This document shows, in pieces, positions 50,919-64,000 of a stretch of DNA of 64,000 nt (position 1 is the stretch's first letter; the number at the start of each line of letters is the position of its first letter). The stretch comes from Podarcis vaucheri (Eukaryota). Under the pieces are notes generated by a model. It worked only from the letters and a program-made list of their open reading frames with translations. It searched no databases and was not told where the DNA came from. The position numbers and the translations under genes were made by a program. Location of the stretch: the NCBI GenBank assembly GCA_965113315.1, contig OZ220382.1; one strand, written 5' to 3'.

Positions 50919-51609
50919 GTGTAGAGCATGACTCTCACTGAGTGCCTTTGGGCCAGTCACTGCCCCTCAGGGTAATTTTGCAAACAAAGTTGTTGTAAGG
51001 GGAGGGGGGAATTTAGAAGGAGGAGAAGCCTGTATACCACCTTGAGCTTCTTGCAGGAAAGGCAGGATATAAATGTAATACTAAACAAAAAGTAAACAAA
51101 TGAAGCTATTGCCCTGAACAATTTGCATAAGCAGGAACCCAGAACCGATTAATCAGAGTTTAGAGTCTGATTCTATAAAACTGTCAAAATTAAATAATTC
51201 TCAGGACTACCTCATAGCTACATCCATATCTTCCATTCTCTTAAAAGCTAATATTAGCTTGTTGATACTTGAGCTTCCTCCTTTTATGATAGTTGCACTG
51301 AACTTGACTCATCGTGTTCGAAACCCCCATTGTTCTAGGCGCATTGTACAGCAGGAAATTTCATTAGAACAAGCAGTTTCTGAGCTCTGGGTGCAGTACT
51401 GCGCCTAAGATTTCACATGAAAACTGCAGCGTGGAAGGAAAGGAGGACCTTTTTCTGCCTACCCTCTTTCAGCCACTCTCTGAAGACTGGAGAAGAGACC
51501 CTCTTGAGAATATTAGGGGGTGGGCAGGGGAAGGACTACTAGACCACATGAAAAATGAACATAATATTTTAGCTGTGAACATAATATTTTCAGCTTTGTA
51601 TTCTTGTTA

Positions 51610-52196
51610 CCATATTTTTCGCCCCATAGGACGCTCCGTCCCATAGGACGCACCTAGTTTTTTGGGGGGGAAATAAAGGGGGGGAAATCCCTTTATTCCC
51701 CCCCCAAAAGCAGGTCGGGGAAACAGAACCAGGTCGAGGAACAGCGGGATGGCGGCGCTGCACCTCCCTGCTGTCCCCCGAGCTTGTGGGGCTGGCCGAT
51801 GTCTGCCCCGCGCGAGGGGCGCTCTGCATCAGGGCGTCCCGCCCGCCGGGCAGCAGGCTGCTATCCGCAGCGTGGGGAGCCTTGCCGGGAAGTCCGGCAA
51901 GGCTCCCCACGCTATGGATGTCTGCCTGGCGAGGGGGGCGCTCTGCTTCAGGGCACCCCGCCCGCCGGGCGGCAGGCTGCTATCCGCAGCCTAGACATCC
52001 CTGCCGGACCTCCCGTAGGGCTGCCTAGGCTGCGGATGTCTTCCTGAAGCCTGGAGAGCGAGAGGGGTCGGTGCGCACCGACCCCTCTCGCTCTCCAAGC
52101 TTCAGCAAAAGCCTGCATTCGCCCCATAGGACACACCCAGATTTCCCCTTCATTTTTGGAGGGGGAAAAGTGCATCCTATAGGGCGAAAAATACGG
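51610..52196. mobile_element. Tc2/pogo-like MITE (GC-rich subfamily, internal duplication)
   Basis: CCATATTTTTCGCCCCATAGGA...TCCTATAGGGCGAAAAATACGG with TA flanks; the block GGATGTCTGCC...GCTATCCGCAGC occurs twice. Confidence 0.88.
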
Positions 52197-52496
52197 TATA
52201 AAAAAGCTTTAAGGTGCCATTTAGTTCCTAGCTTTCATATTTCAGTTTCTAACACTGCTCTTACAGCAGGGATGGGGAACCAGCAGCCTTCAGAGATGGC
52301 TGAAATGTAAATCTCATCACCCCCAAACCATTGGCCATGCTGGTTGGGGCTGATGGGAACTGGTGTTCAAATCCTTTGTTTCTTAAACTGGAACGACCTC
52401 ATTTCTTAAATTGTGAACAAAGATATATATTTGCCAATCATGGCTATTTTCAAGACCCTAACTGAGCCCCACCACCACCACTATGTGAAAGCAGTT

Positions 52497-52570
52497 TTCT
52501 CATATAGTGATCGAACCTGCAACTTTGATGTTATCAGCACCATGCTCTAACCAACTGAGCTATCCACTGC
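52497..52570 (-). pseudogene. tRNA-Ile-like SINE head / tRNA pseudogene
   Basis: Reverse complement TAGCTCAGTTGGTTAGAGCATGGTGCTGATAACATCAAAGTTGCAGGTTCGATC; acceptor stem does not pair; same head as the SINE at 40078. Confidence 0.7.
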
Positions 52571-53033
52571 ATTTGTTACCCCACCTGTTTTTGGTCGCAC
52601 ACATCACTGGCATGTAGCCCTTGGACTGAAAAATGTTTCCCACCCAAGGTCAATTCCACATTAGCACCCGAAGAAGGTCTTGCTTCTCTCATAGCCACAG
52701 CCTTGGATCCCAACAAGAAACAGGCACAGCTCTGCTTTTGCACTGCAGCCTGCAGCTTCTAACTTCTATCTCTGCCCAGCCTGCTTCTAGCTTCAAGCTC
52801 CCAAACTTCTGGGCTTTGTCTTTCTAACTAGCATATATTTTCCCTCTGCACAAGAGCCACTTCCTTTGTTACCTTAACAACCCATACCTCAATGGGGGTA
52901 GGGGGCATTATGGTCCTTGCCTGGGTAATTCAGCAATTTGAATCCCTGCTGGATCCTGGAATTGGAAGGGACTCAGGCGTACAGCTTACTCCACCAAACA
53001 CAGAACAATAAATATATGAATCAGATTCATGGA

Positions 53034-53065
<32 letters not shown>

Positions 53066-56000
53066 CTTCTTCAATTCCCCAACAATCATTCACACAGTGG
53101 AAGAACATAATTGCCTCCACAGCCACTCTCTGCATCTAGCTCCCAGGTTTGTCAAAGCATACCTCTATTTCAGCTTGCTTAAGACCTAAATGATCCTTTT
53201 TTCTTGTCCTCCCTCAGGACCTCTAAGAAAAGCAGAGTGCTTGTTGCTTTTGCTGCAAAACAAGGTATTAGCCAAGGTCAGAGGTGACACCAGCTGAGGC
53301 CAAGCCTCCTAATCAAACACACGCCATGCACTCGTGGCATGAATACAACCACCAGTGACAGAGACACAGGAAGTGTATCTGACCCTGAGCAGACCTAGTC
53401 ATGGCTTATGCCTTTCCTCACTGCTCAGCTCCTTTTAATTTCCTCACTGGCACCTCCGGCACTCACGGTCTCTTTTATGACCTCTCCAAAGTCCCCCGAG
53501 ATGAAAAGGAACACCATAAAGCCAGAGCATCAAAGGTTGATCCTGTCAAGCAAACACTGGCTCTTTCTCCCACACCTTGCCTGGCCCTGCAAATATGATA
53601 ACTGCTCAGGAGTCTGCCATTGCCAGCTGTTCTTTCATCCCACAGCTCCACTGCATAAGATGTAAGGCTTCAGAGAACAAACAGACCGGCTAGATTTCAC
53701 CATGAGACTCCATTTTAAGTGGTTTGCAGACAGAAGTGTTGTTTGCTTCAAGACAAGGACATCCTTTGACATGGTAGGTGCTCCATTTATTTGAGGGTAA
53801 CCTATCCTTCAAGAAAATGTTGTTTTTTCTTCCAAACTTATCTGCCGGGTTCAACCCTGATCACAAAATTGCCGTCATTATGGTGAGAGTCTCTTTGTTT
53901 TTCACTGTTGCATAGCAGCCAAAGACCTGCAGGTGACAGGTCTCCTCTCCAATCTCCAATCTCCCAGGTTTCTCTTTATGTATTATTAAAGAAGCACACA
54001 AAGTCAAAATGCAATGGAAACACAGTGGGCAGTCACATGTGCATGAAATACAGTACAGTAATGATATTCCAGCCACTACAAAGCCTATGACATACAGCAA
54101 CTGTGAGCTAAATGTGGGTGAAGAAAGGCATTCATTTATAGTCTGAATAATGTTCACAAGCCATGCAAAAACCAGTAGGCCTTCTCCCCAGTTTCAGTAC
54201 ATTATTTTGCAGTAACAGAACCCCCAATTATAGACCGTGTTGGAAGTTGGTAAGAAAAAACAAAACAAAAACAAAGCTTAGGTTGATAGTCCTTTGCTCA
54301 AGACAATGATCATCCTAAATTCTACCCCAGTCTGTGAATTCATGATGACATGACATTTGAACACTGTTCCTTGTACCCCCTTCATTGAGGTACACCCCCA
54401 TAATGACTGGGGCACACCATTACTGCCTTGCATTTTTAGTCTTAGCCTTTGAGAACATTAGCTCCAGTATGCTTATCTCATAAGTACAGCTAGCAAAGGT
54501 ATTTAGGAGGTGCTTTGAAAATTCAGAAACGATCTCTTCTTCACTTATCTCGCAAAATGGTGTAGCAACACTGTTACTTTTATTGAAATAAAAAAAGTCG
54601 CTAAGAGGAATAATACTAATAAAAAAAAATGAAGCCTGTAAGGTTATCATTCTTTAGAAAATGGATGGGGAAGTGTGTGTTTTTAAGTTTTGTTATTTCA
54701 GATGGTAAAGCTTCATGTTCATTGAAAAACCTATAACTGCAAATGTGCCTTGAGGGAGAAAAACCCAGAGGTTTTAATACTAATAATATTTTGCATTTCT
54801 ATATCCTTTTGTATATGAAGCTCTCAACTCTCATTTTTAATATACTACAGGATTGAGTCTCATAAAATTTCCACCTATGTAGTCATCTAGGACTCCATTG
54901 TTGTCCAGCTTCACATATTGCTCAGTTTCAGGGAATAGGAAAAATAACTTGCAGTTATCATTTCCCTCTCTCTTAGTAGAGCATTACAAGCTGGAATTCA
55001 ACAGGTAGAACACAGTGTGGAGATGCTGTGGTGGATAAAGTTCATCCCATTGATCTTCTATCTGCCATGCCACTGTTGAACAAGTTAGAGTGTTAAGACT
55101 GAGGAGACCCAAGTGCAAATCCCAATTGAGGCTGGATCTAGACACATCAAAAAGTGATTCAGCTAAATGTGTTGTAAACTTCATAAATGGAAATCCCATT
55201 GATGAAAAACAGGACCCCACAGTGCTATCTGGTGTTACAGTGTTATAATGCATATAAAGCGTTTTTTCTTTACCAATGTAGCTGAGTCCTGGATGATCTT
55301 AGGGCAGTCAGTTGGTCTCAGCCTATCCTACTTCACAGGATAAAATAGGGGGACCCATATATGCCACGCCACCTTGAGTGCCTTGGAAGAAAGGTGGGGT
55401 ATTAACAAAACGAATAAAATATCCTGAAGGGCGCTCACAGGCCCACCATAAAGGTCAATTAGATTGGTGGGCAAAATTGACAGGACCTTCTCAGTGCTGT
55501 CTTTGTCTTTGAAGAACTTCCTCCTACAGAATACACAGCTGATCCTGTGAGGGCCAAATATTCCCAACTCTTGCTTTAAACAGGCTTTTAATTTGGCTTT
55601 AAATTGCTGGTGCTAGTCCTGGTCTAGGGTTTAAAAACCATTTTTGCTCTGCATGTCCTCTGTGCTCGTCCAGCTTACAATGCATCAAATGCTACTGCCT
55701 TAAGTTTCAATTTTCTTATATGTATTTTATGTATTTTCAGATTTCAATTGGGCTTATCGTTAAAAAGCCTTTTTTTAAAAAAAAATGTATTGTAGTTTAG
55801 TTGCATTGTAAGCTACTGAAAAGCAGTATATAAATACTTAAATAAAGGCTTAAATGAAAGATGTAGTAATCTAGTTTGGCATGTTTTCTTCTGAAAGAGC
55901 AGCTATAAAAAGAGATACAACATTATATGGCAAACTGCTGAAATGAGCCAGCTAAATATGCAATTCTAAGTCCCAGGGAGGATTGTGCCTTTGCTAAGTC

Positions 56001-59000
56001 AGTGCCCTATGATATCACCCAGCAATTACCATAGAGACCACCCCTGAATGGGCCTTCAAGCTCTCCTGCCTATCAACATAGTGTGGCCTAAAGGTTGGCA
56101 GCTGAGCAGAGGAGGGTCCACAAGATGCCAGGGCTTTATTTTATTTTTTTATTTTTTACCAAACTTCAGCTCCAGAGCTTGTTTTCTCTTAACCAAGGTT
56201 CAGGCAGTAATTATAACCATCCCATCTTTTATTAACCCATAGGAATTGGCTGAGGTGTGTTCCTCTGCCTCTGTGGAAGTCCCCTACTGCACTGGCTGTA
56301 GGCTCGAGATAGTGTGAAGTTACTGCCGGGGGGGTGGGGCGGTTGGTGGTGCAGAAGTGGGAAAGCCAGTGATCTACTTGGTCCACTTTCTGGAAGGGCT
56401 ATACTCAGTGGTTGAGAATTGGTTTTCCATGCAGAAGGTCACAGGTTCCATCACAGGTGTCTTCAGGTTGGACTGGAGGGAATCCATTATGAAGTCCTGC
56501 AGAGCCACTGCCAGCCAGCGAAGAAAGTCCTTAGATGGACCAGAGACATCTTCCTATGTTCCTGTGAGCAGGGCCATCATTGCTCACCTGACTTCCCAAC
56601 ACTGCATTGCTTCAGTTACTGAGAAAAAAGTGGTAGAAGGGCAAGGGAGCTTGGTGTGGTGTGGTCACAGGGGCAGAGCCAATTAAGGCTCCTACCACTG
56701 CACCCACACTGTGCCAAACTCCCAGCTGCCTTGCTCCTCCCCATCTTCCCTTCGGTAACCAGAAGTCAACTGAGTATTGCCACCCTACCTGCACGAGCCA
56801 CTACTGCTATCAACACTCAGCACCTGGGCAGTCAAATGAGCAGACACACAGGTCCCCAGGCAAAGTCTTCCCCACTATGGTGAGATGTATTTCAGTTTAA
56901 ATTGCAGTAATGATTTCTAAGTTGGCTTTTCTAATTAGCACATGCACATTTGTATGCAAGCAGGGGAGTAGGCAGAGCCTACACAGACAAGGCAAATTGC
57001 CCAGACAGATATGCTGTCTTGCCTTCAGGGGCTGGAGAGGGCCTGGTTTAACCCAGCTTGCTTGGAGAATCAGATGGAACTAAGACAGGGACGGGCTACC
57101 TTAGGCCCTTAGGACTCTCTGTAGTACCCACACCTTCATCAGTCCTTCTTTGCATCCTCCTTTAGTATTTTTGCCAGGCCAGAACGTGAACTAGAACTCT
57201 GATAATGCCTCCTGCTCACCTGGGTGGAGGATAGAGAGGAATTGGTGATTGTGAATCTAAAGGAATATCTAAAGGAATAAATTAATTTAAAGTCCTGTCT
57301 ACTTTTCCCCTGGCTCTGCCTACCATTGGTAAGTGGCCTCAGAAGGTTGCCTAAACGGGAATGTGGTTCTCAGTCCAGAGAATGGTTCCTCTCCTCTGCC
57401 TTAAGGCATAATCTGCCTGGCCTCCTGTGGTTCTAGAGAGCTAGTGGTGCAGATGGCAAGACACTAGTGACTAGCTGGTTCAAGACCTTTCTTGGGAAAC
57501 CAACATTCCCACAGGTAAGGGCAGTCTAGCGTAGTGGAGGGAGAACTGCATGATTCTGTCATCTGCCAGGTAGACCCCAGCACTACTGACCTACCAGAAG
57601 CTGGGGAAGAATAAGGTGCATGAAGAAGTTTAGAATGCACATTTCCATAAAATACAAGGTGGCTTACAACATGTAAAATGCAATAAAATCTATTTATATC
57701 TACCATCTATCTAAAACATAATTTAAAACATCAATGAAACATCAGTATATACCTGTTGGTTTGGAAAAAAATCCAATTTTGAAAAATAACATTGTTTAGA
57801 CTGCTAAATAGTGCAGTTTTTCAGAAGCCACCTAAAAGAAGGCCAGGATGGTTCCTGCCAAACTTCTACTAGCAGGGAGTTCCACAGGGCAGGACCTGTT
57901 CAGTCCTTAGCAGAAGCCAACTAAATCACCAGAAGTAGTGTCAGGCGGTCCTTGAGGTATTTGGGGCCCAAGTTGCTTAGGGTTTTGTGAACTAGCGCAA
58001 GAACCTTGAACCTGGCTCTGCAAAATTCGTTTTGAAGTTTCTTCTGCACCTGCTTGAGGGCTGCTGCAGCAGAGGTTCCATAATGGGTCTCTTGACAGGA
58101 AGAGAGGAAGCCTCCTTATATTTCTACAACGGTATGCAAATTTATACAACCGGTTCCCCCAGCACTACCAACCTACCTAAAGTTGTTGAGACAGTGAATG
58201 TAGTATTGGTATTAATAACCAATAATGGCCATCCTAGTCCCCATGCAAGGTGCTACTTCAGACTTAGGTATGATTTCACAAGGTTGGGATTACATGTAAC
58301 ATCCTAAAACGCACCTCAGATAAGCAGAAGTCAAACTGTTATGACATTTTTTAAAAATGCACAAGAAATATCATGCAAAAAGAGGGGGGGAGAACAAATT
58401 ACAAGATGCAGTTGGATCAAAAACGTGATTTTATCATCCGATTAGAGGAAAGGGACAAGGGGGAGCTGCACATGCCTTAGAAGCAAATCAGGAACACAAA
58501 AGGCAGGAAATTAGACATGAACAGCAGAGACAGCCTCGTCATAATAGAATTAATTAAAATATCAGGGTCTGATGTTATTTCAGGTCCCGCCACCAGCCAC
58601 ACAGGGCTTTTGAACCAAACACTTCATTAACACGTCAGAACTTCCCACGACACACATTTCAGTTGGTGGGGCTCCTTCCTTTGTATGCTACGTGGGGAGC
58701 CAAGGCAGCTGGGAATTTTCTCTGAGCTCATCTTTAATGGGTTGTTGGCAGGAGGCCAGTGTGGAGTTGACACCCACATAGACCTACACTGGAAGCATGA
58801 CTGCATGTGTAAGTCTTTAACAGACGCTCACAAAATGCTTCCACTTTGTTTCCTTTGTGCTTATAATCTCTCCCTCCCCCTGCCCCAATTTCCCCCAGAT
58901 TTTTTACCAGAATACAAAAACAAATCTGTATTTCTGGACAGGTTTTCTACAAAGACAGCAGCATATCAGAGAAAAACAAAAATGAGGAGCAAGTGGCAAA

Positions 59001-60290
59001 AACTGCGAGATGACAAGGAGCAATGTGATAGGCCAGTAGTAGATGCTATGGCTGACACATAGCTGTCATCAAAGAAAACTATCCACTTGTCTCATCCTCC
59101 TCCTCCTCTTTCCCTGTAACATTTAGCATTGTAAGACTCATGATGTGATATCATTGCATGCTTCATCAGCGATTATCGTCAACAGAAAACATGGCAGCTG
59201 GATTAACTAAACAGAACAGGGCTTAGACAGTACATTTTGCGCATCTTAAAACTGCCCTTTGCTCCTGGTCTCTTTCCATGTCTATTTAAGGTGTCAGGAT
59301 TATGGCTTTGGTGAAATTACGTGCACATGCTTACATATGGTAACAGCAAAGATGAGGAAGTAATTTTTGCAGTTGTCACAAGCAAACGTTTCAAAGGGTG
59401 CATGGTACATGAGCTGTACGTTGCTAACAGAAATGGTGGGGTTTTTTCACTTTTTTATTTGTTTTTGACACTGTATGCTATTATAAGCCATCCATCCCAC
59501 CCCACCCCCCTAATCTCCCAGAGTCAGCATCATTCCAGGACATTCTTGTGATGGTGGCTCCCATTTAATCACGCAGAATGCCATGGATTTATGCTGTACC
59601 TGAGACATTTATGGGGAGGGAGCATTAGCTAGTCAATGGCCAGGGGAACCCATGTCACCAAATGAAAAAGGGTTAGATAAATAAATCTCTAAGGCAGGGA
59701 GAGCAAACCCATAGCCCTTCAACCTATGGCTCCAAGTCCCATCATTCCTAGAGCATTTGCCATGTTGACTGAGGCTCATGGGAACTGAAGTCCAACAACA
59801 TTTGGAGGTGAGATGGCAAACCCATTTGTCCCTCCTCAACTACAGCCCAATGAGAGATGTCACACATGACTACATAAACTCACCTTTTAATTTGACATCT
59901 AAATTTCTTAATGACAATTTTGCATGTCTGCAAGGCCATCTTGAAGCCACATTTCTCTTCTTATTTCTGAACAGCATTTCTGAGTATTTCCGGTTTTCCT
60001 CAAGTCAACCTATTTATTTATTTATTATTTAAAATGACCTTGGTCATTAAAGATGACCAGAGGAAGATACTGAACCAGGGCAGGAATCTAAACTGGGCCC
60101 TTGCTGTCTTGCACGTTCTACAGGACTGGACCTACTACTGGGCAGAGTGAAGGAACCTCTCAAGCAGCAAATGAGGATGAAGAGGAGTGCCTTACAATCG
60201 TGTGTTTTTTCCTGCTGAGCCCTCCAGGTCATCCTCCTCTGTAGGAGGGCAGAGTTGCTACATAATCTCTTGTATACCCACTAAAGTAGC

Positions 60291-60724
60291 TGTCAGGGAA
60301 CTGACATCGGAGCCAGAGGTGGAGGCAAGGCTCCCAAGTGATGCTGGAGAAGGGCCCAGCAGGGAGAGAGGCAGCTCATCAGCGGGGGAAGGAAATCAGC
60401 GTAACACCAGGGATAAAGGGGGGCAGATGGGGGAATCGGCGAGGGGGCTCCAGGACTCCTCGTCAGAGACCAGCGGGGAGAGCACGGGTCCTCTGCTACC
60501 CACACCCTCCCTGCGCGGAAGTCTTCCGTGCAGGAAGAGTAGGAGGAGACTTGGCGTCAAACAGCTTTTATGCTGGAAAGGGTTTAAGAAACGCCCACTG
60601 ATGGATTCTGCTAGCGACTGAAACAGCCACGAAGTGAAGGGCTGTCCAGACAGAAAGGTTTAATCAGGCAACCTAGCCAGGAGTGGCGGCAACTTACGCA
60701 CGAGAAACCCCTATTATTATTACA
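60291..60724 (+). mobile_element. Gypsy solo LTR (434 bp), diverged relative of the LTR at 624-1073
   Basis: TGTCA...TTACA ends; perfect 5-bp TSD GTAGC at 60286-60290 and 60725-60729; starts TGTCAGGGAACTGACATC like the other LTR. Confidence 0.93.
60292..60621 (+). CDS. LTR(U3)-encoded open frame, 109 aa
   Basis: VRELTSEPEVEARLP...RKSRRRLGVKQLLCWKGFKKRPLMDSASD*; open from LTR base 2; homologous to 728-1072. Confidence 0.6.
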   Translation, partial: VRELTSEPEVEARLPSDAGEGPSRERGSSSAGEGNQRNTRDKGGQMGESARGLQDSSSETSGESTGPLLPTPSLRGSLPCRKSRRRLGVKQLLCWKGFKKRPLMDSASD

Positions 60725-63700
60725 GTAGCCTATTGAACTCAGGGGCAATGGAGGACACTGTTTCTTCACCCTTGTTGAGAAAAGGTTTTACTGCTAGTCC
60801 ATTTGTCTCTTCTAGGGTGCTATCTTGACCTTTCCCTCAGGAAGCAAAATGTCTTCAGCCAGCACTGTTTTTCTATTTTGTCCTCCATTCTCCCAGATAT
60901 TCAGTCCCTAGCCTTTGTTGCAGATTAAGAGCGGGTAAAAGCAGGGAGGGGGAGTGAGGGATTTTCAGCCACTTATCTGCAGCTTGAGTTTCTGTCTTTT
61001 TAAAATAAATTTCTTGGCAGAAAACACTGATTGTGTTCATTGATCTTTGCAGTTTCTGGCTTAATTTTTCTTTCCCTTTCTCTGAGTCCTTTTCATGCCT
61101 TTTTCTATTCTCTCTAATGGCAGCTAATCACAGCTTTGCATTGCAGCAACTTGCCGATTTGTTCCCTTTTGTCAGCTACAGATTCCACTCTGGACTTTGT
61201 ACCACTGGATGCAGGCAAATGGTTGACTGCTAAGGACAGAATTTATCCCACCAAGTACAAAGAGCCTGGGAAGATTTTAAGGGCTGGTACAAATTGTTCT
61301 CCAGCTCTTTGGGAAAGGATGGATTTCACTCACCAAGAGGTTGTAGCTCTTGAAGATTCCCTGGGCCTTAAGCTCTCATTTTCAACTTGCTATTAAGAGG
61401 CTATTTTGCCTTCTCATAATTTTCATCAGCAGTTGTCCAGCTTCTTCTTACAGATCTCCAACCTGATGTTTAAACCCTTGCTTACATCATGACCTATAGG
61501 GATGCTGTGGGCATTCACCTATCCCAAAGTATTTGGATTTCTTAAAAGGATACTTAAAAATATAGGAGAGCTGCTAAGAGCCCTCAGTTTCCCAGTACTT
61601 CTGGACCAGAAGAGGGTTTGAGGCTTCACATTCCATGAAATTATATTATTTACTCTGCTCTAAAACAAAACAAACCAGGGGTTGAGAACTTTATTACAGC
61701 CCAGATTTGTGCCTGAGCACAAGTCACAACTAGGAAAATTAGAGAAATATGTTTGGTTCATATTTTAATGCAAACAGAGCTAATTCACACTCCCCAAACC
61801 AAAGTGTGAACTGAAACACAGCTACCCTTCAAAATTCATACTTCTAATTTTGTGATGCAGTTCTCCAACAAATATAAGATTACCAAAAAAATTTGGGAAA
61901 ACTGAGCACATAAACACATGTATTTGTGATACAAAATACAAAGGCAAATTGCTTGCAAAATTCAGTGCAGAATGAATATGAATTTTCATCCTGATAGTTT
62001 TCTTTAAAAGTTATTATTGCAGAAATGGAGCCAACTGTACTTAAAATTGGCCAAACTGGGAACAGAGAAACCTCAACTGAGATACGGTAATATTCCAGCC
62101 CACAAGCCAAATGAGGCTCACCATCTGACCTACCAGATGTTTTCCCCAAGCCATGCTCACTCCATATGTGGTGTCAAGGTATGGGACAGATAGAGATATG
62201 GCTGCAGAAAGCAGGATTGAACTCCTTGCCTATCAACAGATGTACAGGGAGTTCAGTTCTGCTTGGGTATGACTGGACAGTTTCTTCCCCCATCTCCACA
62301 GGCCAACTTTGACAGGTGAGTGGTGGAACCCCCCTATCAATCACCTGACATGATTAAGGTGTCAGATAATTGGCATGTGAGCAGTACCGCCCACCTGTCA
62401 AAGTTGTCCTGTAAAAGAGACAAAAATCTGGGCTACAAGGCCAAAAAGTTCCCCCACACCTGGCTTAGTCCATCCTCACTCCCTAATCCTCCATGAGATC
62501 TCCAGGCCAACTTGGGAGCAAAGGGTTTTAAATAGGTTTCTCCATGTGGTTAATATGGCTTTCAAAAGTTATCATCTCCCCCTCACCCCCTGCATTTACA
62601 ACTGACAGGCAGAAATGCCTCCCTTAGCAATCCTTGTGAAATCCAAGGCAAGAAAAAAAGTCAAATGTGCTTCTGAAAATATGTGATGTGCCCTTCATGT
62701 GTCACAATGTTTACCATCACTTCAAAACATATCCCCACCCACAGTTCTTCAGTAATAGCCGTTGGAGCTGCTCCAATTGGGATTTGCTAATCACAGCTAA
62801 AGTCAATTAAATATCAGCTGTCACTGTACAAATGATGAAGTCCATAACACAGGGGTATGGTGAAATGGGACAATATGCTCAAAGAAAACAATACTTGATG
62901 TAATTAGGCAACTTTTTCTCTAATCAAAAATTCTGACTTGATGTGTAACTTTCAGTTTCAGTATTAAGGAGGCCAGCTGATAATAAACTACTGCAAAGGC
63001 ACAAATTCTTTTTCAATGTATGCTGAAATTTGTTGGAATCATGCATCACAAATGGAGTGGACTTGATTTGTCTGGAGTGGAGCAATACATTGGAATCCAC
63101 AGCCAATACTTTGTTGGACAACCTTGAATATTGGTGTTTGGTCAATCAGCATTGGCAGCTGAACCTTGTGCATTGTAGCTCTTGAGATGAATTAGTTTTA
63201 CTTGACTGCCAACACAGAGCCAGCTGCAAAAATCAAATATATATTGGGAAAAGTCAATGTGAAATAATGGAAAATAACATAATGTTTGGCACACATCTGG
63301 TTATTTCAAATGAATTGAATGTTCATAAGTTAAAAGAGAAACAACCCAAAATATGTTGTGCTTTGCTGTCATTACGTCGCAGCAGTAGACTGGAATTAGT
63401 TCATCTCAAGTGGTCCAACACCCACAAATCACTTCAAATTCACTTCAAAGCCAACTCTTGTTGAGCAAGCTGAAATGTTATGTCTTAAGATGAGTGTGGA
63501 CTTGGATAGTGGTGAGTTCTGTAATCACTGGACATCTTCAGATGAATTTGAACCATTTGATTATACATGTATGGCAGCTGTGAAAGTCAGTGCATGTTGG
63601 GAAAGGAATGGCTTACCCCCAACCCATTCATGAGCCTGTCCAATATGAAAGATATATTACAACAAACAAAGCAGCTTGGAGAAAGCAGGGCTTTCCACTC

Positions 63701-64000
63701 CAAAATCATTCAGCATAGTGGTAGCTTTGCATTTCCCATGTTTCTTCATAGAGAAAGAAACATTTTGCAGTAGTCATATAAAGCAAAAATTTCACTCAAA
63801 CTTTGATGAGAGTCTTATGCCATATTTATGGAGCAATTTCACTTTCTGTTCTACAGAAGCACATTATAAAAGGCTCCTACATTTTTAAAAATTTATATTC
63901 AACTTCCTCCAGTAGAGTAGCTTCCTCCAAAGGCATGGCTTTGAGTTCAGAGGGGCTGACCTCCAGATAAGCAGGCGTAGGATTGCAGCTTTAGAAGGCC

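Noticed and set aside
52497-52570. tRNA-Ile(GAT) gene
   Set aside because: Acceptor stem is broken and the same head occurs on a CR1-tailed SINE at 40078, so it is SINE-derived.
60187-60291. Upstream extension of the solo-LTR ORF into flanking DNA
   Set aside because: Starts at GTG outside the TSD; chance read-through, with homology beginning only at the LTR edge.
62832-62937. C/D box snoRNA (ATGATGA...CTGA)
   Set aside because: No terminal stem and no recognisable rRNA/snRNA antisense element.

Overview
Vertebrate (squamate, most likely lacertid lizard) non-coding DNA. I found no recognisable host protein-coding gene; the window looks like a gene desert or large intron, dense in transposable elements. 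These include Sauria, Squam3-like and tRNA/CR1-tail SINEs; BovB, RTE, L1, L2 and CR1 LINE fragments; many hAT and Tc1/mariner MITEs with visible TSDs; and three LTRs. Almost all ORFs in the supplied track are spurious or TE remnants. The track misses an intact Ty3/Gypsy (sushi/chromovirus-like) Gag ORF at 578->1 (-) that runs off the window edge. Main observations: (1) two diverged Gypsy LTRs (624-1073 -, 60291-60724 +) each carry a ~110-codon frame open from the second base of the LTR. Their C-terminal 56 aa are conserved largely through synonymous codon changes, implying a selected LTR-encoded peptide. (2) The same element has an 11-nt self-priming PBS complementary to a site inside that coding frame. 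(3) An unrelated LTR-like element (2490-3286) has an R/U5 region that folds into one ~575-nt nested RNA structure partly covering its own poly(A) signal. (4) A young hAT MITE carries what looks like a captured host CpG-island first exon. Family names come from motif recognition, not database searches.
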